A stretch of 64,000 nucleotides of DNA, from NCBI GenBank assembly GCA_945882015.1, contig CAMCVM010000001.1, positions 76,763 through 140,762 of the forward strand. The letters are read 5' to 3'. Positions 28,598-37,125 of this stretch are shown here, piece after piece. Every line of letters starts with the position of its first letter. Within the stretch, counting starts at the first letter, position 1. The notes below the pieces were generated by a model, which was not told the DNA's origin, did not search any database, and saw only the letters and a program-made list of their open reading frames with translations. Made by a program: the position numbers and the translations under genes. Origin of the DNA: a candidate division TM6 bacterium GW2011_GWF2_32_72. Its GTDB lineage: Bacteria; Babelota; Babeliae; Babelales; CAIQNR01.

Positions 28598-31500
28598 TGA
28601 CTTCCTCCTTACCAACCTTGCACAAATCTATTTGCAGACCTAAACTTTGTAATTCTTTAATAAGTACGTTAAATGATTCTGGTAATCCAGGTTCTGAAAT
28701 ATCTTCTCCACGAACAATAGAATCATACACTTTATGTCTTCCTGAAACGTCATCTGACTTATAGGTCAACATTTCTTGTAAGGTATATGAAGCACCATAT
28801 GCTTGCAGAGCCCAAACTTCCATTTCACCAAGACGCTGTCCACCAAATTGAGCTTTACCACCCAATGGTTGTTGTGTTACTAATGAGTACGGCCCAACAG
28901 AACGAGCATGTAATTTGTCGTCAATCATATGATCAAGTTTCATGATATACATACAACCAACTGTTACCGGCTGATCAAAAGTTTCACCAGTTCTTCCGTC
29001 TTTCAACATAAAAGTACCAGTTTCAGAAAGTCCGATATCTTGAAGCATTGGTTTGATATGTTCTTCAAATGAAGGTCCTTCAAAAACAGGAGTTTCAAAA
29101 TGAACACCATATTGCGCTGTTTTACGAGCTAATTCAATAAGCGCTTCTTTTCCATGCTTTTTTTGATATTCAGCAATAAACTTTTCATCAAAACATTTAT
29201 TTAAATAGTCTGTAACAAACGTATCACTTTTTTCTTTCATCAAATGAGTTAATTTTTCACCCATTTTTTTACCCACAAAACCAAGGGTTGTTTCAAGAAT
29301 TTGACCAACGTTCATACGAGAAGGAATACCTAATGGATTAAGAACGATATCAACAGTTGTTCCGTCAGATAAATACGGCATGTCTTCACGAGGTACAATA
29401 TTTGAAATTACACCTTTGTTACCATGGCGACCAGCTATTTTATCACCAACTGAAACATGACGTTTCATAGCGATAAATACTTTTACCATTTTAATAACAC
29501 CTGAAGGCAGCGGATCACCTTTTTTAAATCTACCAATTCGCTCTTCTTTAAGACCTTCAAGTACTCGTACCTGAATTTCATAAGAACTAATAATATGTTT
29601 AATTTGCTCTGCAGTTTCTTTGTCTGAGCAACTTAATTCTAATACTTTAAGCGGTTCTAATGCGATAATTTTTTCAGCATCAAATAGACCTTTTTTAAGT
29701 AAGCTTGCTGCTGGCTTTCCTGCAGGAGCTTTACCATCTAAGAGGTGAGCTATTTTTTCAGCTGTCATAATCAATAGTTCTTCATTATGCTGTGCAAAAT
29801 CTTGCTCTAATTGATTAATTTGCCGAATTACTTCTTCCTTATAACGCTTATCTTTTCTGATACCGCTTCGGGAGAAAATTTTCACATCAGTGACCATTCC
29901 CTCAACTCCAGGTGGTACGCGCAATGAGGTGTCTCGTACTTCTCGAGATTTTTCACCAAAAATTGCTCGTAATAATTTTTCTTCTGGAGAATATTGAACG
30001 TCACCTTTTAAGGTTACTTTTCCAACTAAAATATCACCTGATTTAACACGTGTACCAATTTTAACAATACCGTCTTCATCAAGACCAGCAAGAGCACTAT
30101 CGCCAACGTTTGGAATATCTCGAGTAATTTCTTCAGGCCCAAGTTTAGTATCTCGTGCATCAACAACATATTCGTCAACTGCAACAGAGGTTAACATATC
30201 TTCAGCTACAAGACGTTTATTTAAAACAATTGCGTCTTCAAAGTTGTATCCATGCCATGGCATAAATGCAACAGTTAAATTTGCACCTAAAGCAAGTTCA
30301 CCGTTTTTAACCGATGCACCATCAGTTAAAACATCTCCAGCTTTAATCTTTTCACCACGTTTGACAATTGGCACTTGGTGAATCCAAGTACTCATACTTG
30401 ATCGCTTGAATTTTCTTAGATAATACGTTTCAATTCCGTGCGCAATCCAATCATCCAAATCGACAAATTCTTTTTCATCCGCTTGGATAACAATTTTTTC
30501 TGCTGAAACATATTTTACTGTTCCACTATGACGCGCTCTTAATACTGCATTTGAAGATTTTGCAATCTCTTTTTCCATCCCTGTTCCAACCAAAGGAGCT
30601 TCAGTTTTAATCAAAGGAACAGCTTGACGTTGCATGTTAGAACCCATCAATGCACGAGATGCGTCGTCATGTTCTAAGAAAGGAATTAATGCTGTAGAAA
30701 CAGAAACTAATTGTTGTGGAGATAAATCAATATAATCGATTTTTTCAGCATCAACAGATTCAAAATCACAATGATGACGAGCAATAACTGTATCAGTGGT
30801 AATTGTTGATTGTCCTGGTTTTACTGCGTCAGCTTGAGCAATGAAACGATCATTTTCTTGAAATGCATCAAGGAAGACTACTTCATCTAAAATCTTTTTG
30901 TTTTTAACAGGTCGATAAGCAGTTTCAATAAAGCCAAGATCATTGACCGTTGCATAAGTTGAAAGTGATGAAATCAAACCAACTGTTTGACCTTCTGGGG
31001 TTTCAATTGGACAGATTCTACCATAATGAGAAGTGTGAACGTCACGAATTTCAAACGTTGCACGATCTTTCATAACACCGCCGGGCCCGAGGGCTGACAG
31101 CCTTCTTTTATGAGCGATTTCAGACAATGGATTAGTTTGATCCATAAATTGCGAAAGTTGACCAGTTCCAAAAAATTCTCTTAAAACAGCGCTTAATGGC
31201 TTAACGTTTAAAAGATCTTGAGGCATCAAAGTACCATATGCTTCTTGCATTCTAAAACGTTCACGAACAATACGTTCAATACGTAAGAATCCAAGATACA
31301 CTTGGTTACTTAATAATTCACCTACAAGACGAACTCTTCTGTTTCCCAAGTGATCAATATCATCCAATTGACCTTCAGCTTGCTCACGTAGTCCAACCAA
31401 GTATTTAACCGTTGCAACAAAGTCTTCTCGTGTTAACGTTGTGACATCTTCTGCAACTTTTAAACCAAGTTTACGATTAATTCTAATTCTACCAACCTTG

Positions 31501-32900
31501 GTTAAATCATAATAACGAGAATTAAAGAACATATTTTCAAGGCGTTCTTTGATTTCTTCTAATGATGAATTGTCACCAGGCCATATTTTTGAATGAACTT
31601 CTTTTAAAGCATCTTTTTCTGAATGACAACTGTCTTGCGCTAATGTTGTTGCAATAGTAGGTTGAAAAACATATCCAGATGAAGCAACTAAAGCACAGGT
31701 TGATTTTTCTTGTTCTAATAAACGATCATAGACTACTTTTGTAAGTGGTTGCCCTTGTTCAGCAATAACTTCACCTAATAATTCATCTACAACGTCTGAA
31801 GCAAAAACTCTATTAACCAGCATATTTTCAGAAAGTGTTACTTTCTTAATGCCAGCTTTATGGAGCTCTTTAATAAGATCTTTTGTTACACGTTTTCCTA
31901 CAAATGTTTCTTCATGCTGTGCCGGAATCATGCCTTTTTCAAGACGATGTCCCAATAAATTATCATCTACATTTGAGAAAAATATACCTTTTTCATAATG
32001 AACGATATCAATACCATAAAATGATGGAATAATAGCGTCGCGTTCTATACCTAAAGCCTGAAGCAATGTCGTTACTAATAATTTTTTCTTTTTATCAATA
32101 CGAACATATAAATGATCATTGCTATCGAACTCAAAGTCTACCCAAGAACCCCGCATTGGAATAATACGAGCTAAATAGTAGGGCCTTCCACGAACATCTT
32201 TTATTTTTTTGCTTTGCGAAAAAACAACACCAGGAGAACGATGTAACTGACTTACTACTACTCGATCAACACCGTTGATCAAGAAAGTACCTTCATTACC
32301 TAGTTCAAACTGACCGTGTTTTAAAACTAAATCAGCCATTACTGGTACATCTGCAAAGAAAATATCTTGTTCTTTAATATCTCGAACAACACGACTTTTT
32401 CCTTCGCCTTCCCAACTAATAAGCTGAATTTTAATTTTTAATGGCATTGAAAATGTCTGTCCATTGGAACGACATTCATCAACGCTCATTGGCAATTGCA
32501 CCGTTACTCGAGACAAGCATGAAGGACATGTTTTATAACGAGCAGTTTTTGGAGCAGAAGAATCTTTAGAAAGACGAGAACATCCTGTCTTTTTAGTGAC
32601 AGAACAAGACCATGCATAACGGTTCTCTATCCCCTTGAGTTTACCACAAGTACATGCCCAATTTCCTAACTCATAACTTGCAAACTCTAAAGAGAGTTTT
32701 CCATTATAATCAATAGGAAATATATCATTTAAGACTTTTTGCAACCCAACATTTTGACGTTCACTTGGCAAGAAATCAAGTTGAACAAAATCATTAAATG
32801 AACTTGATTGAATTTCAATCAAGTTTGGCACTGGAACAACATCTCGTGTTCTTCCAAATGTTTTACGAATCGTACCTTTGCCTACCTGCAGGCTACTCAT
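28590..32900 (-). CDS. rpoB: DNA-directed RNA polymerase subunit beta (with Cys-rich N-terminal insertion)
   Basis: 1436 aa collinear with E. coli beta (FMDQTNPLSE, GRHGNKGV, LGGKAQFGGQR...); extra ~55 aa with CxC...CxxC at residues about 80-137. Confidence 0.95.
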   Translation of the reverse strand: MSSLQVGKGTIRKTFGRTRDVVPVPNLIEIQSSSFNDFVQLDFLPSERQNVGLQKVLNDIFPIDYNGKLSLEFASYELGNWACTCGKLKGIENRYAWSCSVTKKTGCSRLSKDSSAPKTARYKTCPSCLSRVTVQLPMSVDECRSNGQTFSMPLKIKIQLISWEGEGKSRVVRDIKEQDIFFADVPVMADLVLKHGQFELGNEGTFLINGVDRVVVSQLHRSPGVVFSQSKKIKDVRGRPYYLARIIPMRGSWVDFEFDSNDHLYVRIDKKKKLLVTTLLQALGIERDAIIPSFYGIDIVHYEKGIFFSNVDDNLLGHRLEKGMIPAQHEETFVGKRVTKDLIKELHKAGIKKVTLSENMLVNRVFASDVVDELLGEVIAEQGQPLTKVVYDRLLEQEKSTCALVASSGYVFQPTIATTLAQDSCHSEKDALKEVHSKIWPGDNSSLEEIKERLENMFFNSRYYDLTKVGRIRINRKLGLKVAEDVTTLTREDFVATVKYLVGLREQAEGQLDDIDHLGNRRVRLVGELLSNQVYLGFLRIERIVRERFRMQEAYGTLMPQDLLNVKPLSAVLREFFGTGQLSQFMDQTNPLSEIAHKRRLSALGPGGVMKDRATFEIRDVHTSHYGRICPIETPEGQTVGLISSLSTYATVNDLGFIETAYRPVKNKKILDEVVFLDAFQENDRFIAQADAVKPGQSTITTDTVIARHHCDFESVDAEKIDYIDLSPQQLVSVSTALIPFLEHDDASRALMGSNMQRQAVPLIKTEAPLVGTGMEKEIAKSSNAVLRARHSGTVKYVSAEKIVIQADEKEFVDLDDWIAHGIETYYLRKFKRSSMSTWIHQVPIVKRGEKIKAGDVLTDGASVKNGELALGANLTVAFMPWHGYNFEDAIVLNKRLVAEDMLTSVAVDEYVVDARDTKLGPEEITRDIPNVGDSALAGLDEDGIVKIGTRVKSGDILVGKVTLKGDVQYSPEEKLLRAIFGEKSREVRDTSLRVPPGVEGMVTDVKIFSRSGIRKDKRYKEEVIRQINQLEQDFAQHNEELLIMTAEKIAHLLDGKAPAGKPAASLLKKGLFDAEKIIALEPLKVLELSCSDKETAEQIKHIISSYEIQVRVLEGLKEERIGRFKKGDPLPSGVIKMVKVFIAMKRHVSVGDKIAGRHGNKGVISNIVPREDMPYLSDGTTVDIVLNPLGIPSRMNVGQILETTLGFVGKKMGEKLTHLMKEKSDTFVTDYLNKCFDEKFIAEYQKKHGKEALIELARKTAQYGVHFETPVFEGPSFEEHIKPMLQDIGLSETGTFMLKDGRTGETFDQPVTVGCMYIMKLDHMIDDKLHARSVGPYSLVTQQPLGGKAQFGGQRLGEMEVWALQAYGASYTLQEMLTYKSDDVSGRHKVYDSIVRGEDISEPGLPESFNVLIKELQSLGLQIDLCKVGKEEVSE

Positions 32901-32968
32901 TCAGCTGCTCCTTATGAAAAACGGCATTCCATTTGCTATCTTACGCGCTTCATTACAATAAGTGCGTG

Positions 32969-33349
32969 TTAAGCGAGCTCTACTTTTGCGCCAGCAGCTT
33001 CTAAAGCTTCCTTCATCTTCTTTGCATCATCTTTTGAAGCAGCTTCTGCAATAACAAAAGGCGCACCTTCAACAGCAGCTTTTGCTTCACCTAAGCCAAG
33101 CGTTGTTACTGTACGAAGCGCTTTGATAACCTTAATCTTATCAGCACCTGATTCTTTTAAAGTCACTTTGTATTCTGACTTTTCTGCAGCTGCTTCAGCA
33201 ACTGGTGCAGCTGATGCGTTTGAAACGGTTGCAACTGGAGTAGCTGATACACCAAATTTAGTTTCAAGCGCTTTGACCATTTCAGCCAATTCAATCACTG
33301 ACATTTCACCAATTTGATCAATCAACTTTTCGTATGATTTGCCTGCCAT
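32969..33349 (-). CDS. rplL: 50S ribosomal protein L7/L12
   Basis: MSVIELAEMVKALETKFGVSA...A-rich hinge...KIKVIKALRTVTTLGLGEAKAAVE. Confidence 0.9.
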   Translation of the reverse strand: MAGKSYEKLIDQIGEMSVIELAEMVKALETKFGVSATPVATVSNASAAPVAEAAAEKSEYKVTLKESGADKIKVIKALRTVTTLGLGEAKAAVEGAPFVIAEAASKDDAKKMKEALEAAGAKVELA

Positions 33350-33405
33350 TGTTTCACTCCCAAGACATAAAAGTAATAAAAAATATTATAATTCTAACTT
33401 ATAAA

Positions 33406-33927
33406 CTATTGTTTTTTCTCTTCAATAGCTTTCAATACATAGACAACCTGAGCAACCATTTGATGCAATGTACATACCAATCCAGTTACCGGCGCATTCA
33501 ATGTTGCAGCAAGTTGCGCTAACAACACTTGACGAGACGGCAAGGAAGCAATTGTTTTGACTGCATTCGTGTCAAGAACCATTGAATCCATGTACCCTGC
33601 AACAACAGAGAAACGTTCGTTTTCTTTTGCAAATCCACACAAAATTTTTGCAATAGCCGGCGCTTCTTGTTGCACAAAAACCAATGCGATCTGTTCTTTT
33701 AAATAAGGTTCTAGCCCTTTATGAACATCTCCCGCATCTTGTAACGCACGTTTCATTAAACGTACTTTAGCAACATTCAACTTCGCACCTTGTTGGCGCA
33801 AAGTATCACGTAAACTTTCTATTTGGACGACAGTTAAACCATTCACGCCTACAACAAAGGAAGCTGAATTTTCTTTAAAATTATTTTTTAAAGAAGTTAT
33901 AACTGCTGATTTATCTTGTCGATTCAT
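33406..33927 (-). CDS. rplJ: 50S ribosomal protein L10
   Basis: MNRQDKSAVITSLKNNFKENSASFVVGVNGLTVVQIESLRDTLR; position between rplA and rplL. Confidence 0.9.
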   Translation of the reverse strand: MNRQDKSAVITSLKNNFKENSASFVVGVNGLTVVQIESLRDTLRQQGAKLNVAKVRLMKRALQDAGDVHKGLEPYLKEQIALVFVQQEAPAIAKILCGFAKENERFSVVAGYMDSMVLDTNAVKTIASLPSRQVLLAQLAATLNAPVTGLVCTLHQMVAQVVYVLKAIEEKKQ

Positions 33928-33939
33928 AATACCAAACCT

Positions 33940-34632
33940 TTACCGTAAGATATCATCTGCATTAACGCATATCCCAACACCCATTGTAGAAGATATTGTT
34001 ACTTTTCTAATAAACTTACCTTTAGATGCTGGCGGTTTTGAAGAACTTAAAGCTTTCAAGAAAGCTCTAATATTCTCTTTTAACTTTGCTTCATCAAAAG
34101 AACGCTTACCTAAAGAAAAATGAACAACCGCGTTTTTATCATTTTTAAAAAATGAACGCCCGCTCTTTAATTCTTTCACAATATGTTCTACATCAAACGT
34201 TACAGTTCCTACTTTTTTATTCGGAAGTAACCCTCTTGGCCCTAACTGTTTTGCTAGTTTACCAACAGGCCCCATCACATCAGGAGTTGCAACTGCATAC
34301 TCAAAATCCATCCAACCAGCACTAATTTTATCAATAAGTTCTTCCAAACCTACATAATCAGCGCCCGCTTTAAGAGCTTGATCAACATGCTCACCTTTTG
34401 CAAACACTACAACACGAACTTTTTTACCAGTTCCGTGAGGTAATGTTACCGCACCACGCACTACTTGGTCACCCTTTGAAGGATCAATCCCAACATTGAT
34501 ATCAACATCAACTGATTCATCAAATTTTGCGTACGCTTTTTCTTTCATTCGAGTCACTGCATCATCAAGAGACAACATTTTTGTCTTATCATGACCTTGC
34601 ACAACTCGTTTGTAATTTTTTCCTCGTTTCAT
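33940..34632 (-). CDS. rplA: 50S ribosomal protein L1
   Basis: From ATG 34632 (AAGGGA RBS): MKRGKNYKRV...VDINVGIDPSKGDQVVRGAVTLPHGTGKKVRV. Confidence 0.9.
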   Translation of the reverse strand: MKRGKNYKRVVQGHDKTKMLSLDDAVTRMKEKAYAKFDESVDVDINVGIDPSKGDQVVRGAVTLPHGTGKKVRVVVFAKGEHVDQALKAGADYVGLEELIDKISAGWMDFEYAVATPDVMGPVGKLAKQLGPRGLLPNKKVGTVTFDVEHIVKELKSGRSFFKNDKNAVVHFSLGKRSFDEAKLKENIRAFLKALSSSKPPASKGKFIRKVTISSTMGVGICVNADDILR

Positions 34633-34655
34633 CGCGTTATCCCTTAAAACCTGAA

Positions 34656-35075
34656 TCAATCACCGATTTCAACACCCATGCTACGCGCAGTACCTGCTAC
34701 AACTTTTTTTGCAGCATCAATATCAATCGCATTAAGATCAGGCATCTTTATTTTAGCAATTTCTTCCAAGTCAGACTGCTTAAGCATTCCAAGTTTTTCT
34801 GTATTTGGCCGACCTGAACCCTTTTTAAGATTCAATTTCTTTTTAATAAGCTCTGAAGTAGGGGCTGTTTTTAAAACAAAAGTAAATGTTCGATTTTTTA
34901 AAATCGTTACAATTACCGGAACAGTTTCACCCTTCTTTTGCGCTGTTTGTGCGTTAAACGCTTTGCAAAAATCCATCATATTGATACCTTGGGGACCAAG
35001 TGCTGTACCAACGTTTGCAGGAGAAGCTGCTCCCCCCAAAATTTGCAATTTTACTATAGCTTTTATATCGGCCAT
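34656..35075 (-). CDS. rplK: 50S ribosomal protein L11
   Basis: IKLQILGGAASPANVGTALGPQGINMMDFCKAFN. Confidence 0.9.
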   Translation of the reverse strand: MADIKAIVKLQILGGAASPANVGTALGPQGINMMDFCKAFNAQTAQKKGETVPVIVTILKNRTFTFVLKTAPTSELIKKKLNLKKGSGRPNTEKLGMLKQSDLEEIAKIKMPDLNAIDIDAAKKVVAGTARSMGVEIGD

Positions 35076-35093
35076 GTTAGATACCTAACCTTT

Positions 35094-35615
35094 CTACTTT
35101 TTCACCTGTTCAAATGTAAGCTCAACTGGAGTCAATCGCCCAAAGATGCTTACCATAACCGTCAATTTTTCACTCTCTTCATCAACCCTATCAACAATAC
35201 CAACAAAGCCTGCAAATGGACCTTCTTTAATATCTACTTCAGCGCCTTCAGTAAATTCTTCCTTCTGCCCTTTTGAAACAATCACTTCCCCTTTAACTTG
35301 AGAAATAATTCTTTCTACTTCCTTTTTTGAAAGCGGCAAAGGATCTCTGCCTCCTAAAAATTTTGTAATTTTTGGAGTAGAAGCAACAACAGCAAGCGTT
35401 TCCGGATTCTTTTCCATTTCTATCAAAATATATCCAGGAAAAAGACGCTCATCAACTTGCTCTTCTTGAGCAACAAACATACTTTTTAATTTCGCAGATG
35501 GCACAAGTATTTGGCCAAATAGGTCATTTTTTAATTCCTCAATTCTACGCTCGAGATCTTTTTTAACAATCTCTTCGTAACCAGGATATACTTGCGCAAC
35601 ATACCAACGTTTCAT
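35094..35615 (-). CDS. nusG: Transcription termination/antitermination factor NusG
   Basis: MKRWYVAQVYPGYEE..., C-terminal KOW (GAEVDIKEGPFAGFVGIVDRVD). Confidence 0.9.
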   Translation of the reverse strand: MKRWYVAQVYPGYEEIVKKDLERRIEELKNDLFGQILVPSAKLKSMFVAQEEQVDERLFPGYILIEMEKNPETLAVVASTPKITKFLGGRDPLPLSKKEVERIISQVKGEVIVSKGQKEEFTEGAEVDIKEGPFAGFVGIVDRVDEESEKLTVMVSIFGRLTPVELTFEQVKK

Positions 35616-35631
35616 TTGCTTTAACTTTCTT

Positions 35632-35817
35632 CTACCAAGACAAAATTATGCTCATCACTCTTGCCAACATATGATCGATCAAACCAAGATAACATGAAAA
35701 CGCAAAAACAATTGCCAAAACGACCAATGTCGAACCGATTAACTCAGTACCACTTGGCCAAATCACTTTTGCAAACTCTTTTCCAACACCATCAAAAAAT
35801 TGAGCAACGTTTTTCAT
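35632..35817 (-). CDS. secE: Preprotein translocase subunit SecE (61 aa)
   Basis: From ATG 35817: MKNVAQFFDGVGKEFAKVIWPSGTELIGSTLVVLAIVFAF...; the longer track ORF runs into tRNA-Trp. Confidence 0.8.
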   Translation of the reverse strand: MKNVAQFFDGVGKEFAKVIWPSGTELIGSTLVVLAIVFAFSCYLGLIDHMLARVMSIILSW

Positions 35818-35856
35818 TTTTATACCTATCTTGATTGTATCTTCCATACCGCGACT

Positions 35857-35933
35857 TGGCAGGCCAGGAGGGACTCGAACCCCCAACCGTCAGATTTGGA
35901 GTCTGTCGCTCTACCAATTCGAGCTACTGGCCT
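35857..35933 (-). tRNA. tRNA-Trp (anticodon CCA), CCA encoded
   Basis: Reverse complement AGGCCAGTAGCTCGAATTGGTAGAGCGACAGACTCCAAATCTG...GGTTCGAGTCCC...CTGGCCTGCCA; usual position upstream of secE. Confidence 0.9.
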
Positions 35934-35941
35934 TCAACAAA

Positions 35942-36100
35942 TTACTTTGTTTCTTTGTGAGGACAATGTTTCTGGCATCGTGAACAATACTTTTTCAAAT
36001 GCAACGATCCCACAGTCCTTTTTTTAGAAACTAATTGGCTATAATTACGCTCTTTGCATGTTTCGCAAGAAAGATGTGTAATAACTCTATTTTTTGCCAT
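35942..36100 (-). CDS. rpmG: 50S ribosomal protein L33 (52 aa, not in ORF track)
   Basis: Hand translation MAKNRVITHLSCETCKERNYSQLVSKKRTVGSLHLKKYCSRCQKHCPHKETK*; zinc-type L33 pattern CxxC...RNY...KKYCxxC...HKETK. Confidence 0.85.
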   Translation of the reverse strand: MAKNRVITHLSCETCKERNYSQLVSKKRTVGSLHLKKYCSRCQKHCPHKETK

Positions 36101-36160
36101 ACTTAAAACCTTTTACGAACTTTAAATTCCATCCTCAGATTCATGGTATAAAGACAAAGA

Positions 36161-36236
36161 TGGAGCCCGCGACCGGATTTGAACCGGTGACCTCTCCCTT
36201 ACCATGGGAGTGCTCTACCAACTGAGCTACGAGGGC
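36161..36236 (-). tRNA. tRNA-Thr (anticodon GGU), CCA encoded
   Basis: Reverse complement GCCCTCGTAGCTCAGTTGGTAGAGCACTCCCATGGTAAGGGAG...GGTTCAAATCC...GCGGGCTCCA. Confidence 0.9.
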
Positions 36237-36275
36237 CACTTATCAACCAGCGATCACAAACATTTACTTAAGAGT

Positions 36276-36312
36276 AAAACAAAAAAGGTAAAAAGACAAA
36301 TTTTTTTACCTT
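36276..36312 (-). terminator. Rho-independent terminator inside the tRNA cluster
   Basis: 10-bp stem AAGGTAAAAA (36285-36294) / TTTTTACCTT (36303-36312), 8-nt loop; on the minus strand it is followed by TTTTGTTTT. Confidence 0.5.
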
Positions 36313-36321
36313 CTAATTACC

Positions 36322-36429
36322 CTATCTATAAGCATTTTTATGCCTACCAGTGTCTGAATTTACCTGACGCTTTTCTTTTTTCCTTGATTCAAGCTTATTT
36401 ACCTTGAATTCTAAACAAGCTTTCTCCAT
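36322..36429 (-). CDS. Candidate 35-aa ORF between two tRNA-Thr genes (speculative)
   Basis: ATG 36429 with AAGGA 6 nt upstream; MEKACLEFKVNKLESRKKEKRQVNSDTGRHKNAYR*; terminator 10 nt downstream; no family recognised. Confidence 0.2.
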   Translation of the reverse strand: MEKACLEFKVNKLESRKKEKRQVNSDTGRHKNAYR

Positions 36430-36457
36430 TTTAAATCCTTAAAAAAAAGAATAAAAA

Positions 36458-36533
36458 TGGAGCTGGCGACAAGATTTGAACTTGCGACCTACTGATTACA
36501 AATCAGTTGCTCTACCAGCTGAGCTACGCCAGC
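36458..36533 (-). tRNA. tRNA-Thr (anticodon UGU), CCA encoded
   Basis: Reverse complement GCTGGCGTAGCTCAGCTGGTAGAGCAACTGATTTGTAATCAGT...GGTTCAAATC...CGCCAGCTCCA. Confidence 0.9.
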
Positions 36534-36600
36534 GCTTATTTATATTTCAAATTACAAAACACCTTTTTAAGGTCACTTTAAGCTTGCTGAAAACTCAAAG

Positions 36601-36676
36601 TGGAGCGGGAAACGGGACTCGAACCCGCAACCTACAGCTTGGAAGGCTGGCGCTCTACCAATTGAGCTATTCCCGC
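36601..36676 (-). tRNA. tRNA-Gly (anticodon UCC), CCA encoded
   Basis: Reverse complement GCGGGAATAGCTCAATTGGTAGAGCGCCAGCCTTCCAAGCTG...GGTTCGAGTCC...TCCCGCTCCA. Confidence 0.9.
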
Positions 36677-36726
36677 ACATTTCATTGCCTTATTATAACG
36701 TGCTAAAAAAATTTCGCAAAAAATTA

Positions 36727-36811
36727 TGGTGGTGAGAGTAGGATTCGAACCTACGAAGGCAGAGCCAGCGGATTTACAGTCCGCCCCCTTTGGCCACTCG
36801 GGAATCTCACC
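36727..36811 (-). tRNA. tRNA-Tyr (anticodon GUA), long variable arm, CCA encoded
   Basis: Reverse complement GGTGAGATTCCCGAGTGGCCAAAGGGGGCGGACTGTAAATCCGC TGGCTCTGCCTTC GTAGGTTCGAATCCTAC TCTCACCACCA. Confidence 0.9.
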
Positions 36812-36902
36812 ATAAGGCATATATTTCAATTAACTTTATATCAAGGAGTAGTCAGGATAATCCTTTTCTTAAATGTTTTCAACATCGAATGTAAAAGTTT
36901 TT

Positions 36903-37112
36903 TTATTTTTTGTCTAATTGTTCTGATAAAATTTGGTGAACTTCATCTACACAACTTGAACATCCGGTGCCTACACCCAACTGATCAGAAAGCGCATCAA
37001 ACGTATGCGCACCATTATTAATCGCTTGAATAATTTGTGAATACATCACTTCCATGCATGTACAAACAAGATAATCTTCTTTCATGCAACATTTTTGTTT
37101 TTCACAAGCCAT
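36903..37112 (-). CDS. BFD-like [2Fe-2S]-binding domain protein
   Basis: From ATG 37112: MACEKQKCCMKEDYLVCTCMEV...GVGTGCSSCVDEV; CxC...CxxC spacing as in bacterioferritin-associated ferredoxin. Confidence 0.6.
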   Translation of the reverse strand: MACEKQKCCMKEDYLVCTCMEVMYSQIIQAINNGAHTFDALSDQLGVGTGCSSCVDEVHQILSEQLDKK

Positions 37113-37125
37113 ATGCTCTTTCCCT

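Noticed and set aside
33350-33405. Possible L10/L12 autoregulatory leader or rplL-rpoB attenuator (also 32901-32968)
   Set aside because: The spacers are only 56 and 68 nt, and I could find only a weak, mismatched hairpin, which is not enough to call a regulatory element.
34527-35276. Plus-strand ORFs of 96, 136 and 112 aa across rplA/rplK/nusG
   Set aside because: They are antisense to conserved ribosomal-protein and nusG genes, and their translations are low complexity.
35800-36829. ORFs 35800-36027, 36204-36407, 36476-36706, 36632-36829 and the secE extension to 35886
   Set aside because: All run through tRNA genes or rpmG; the tRNA cloverleaves and the L33 translation explain the sequence.
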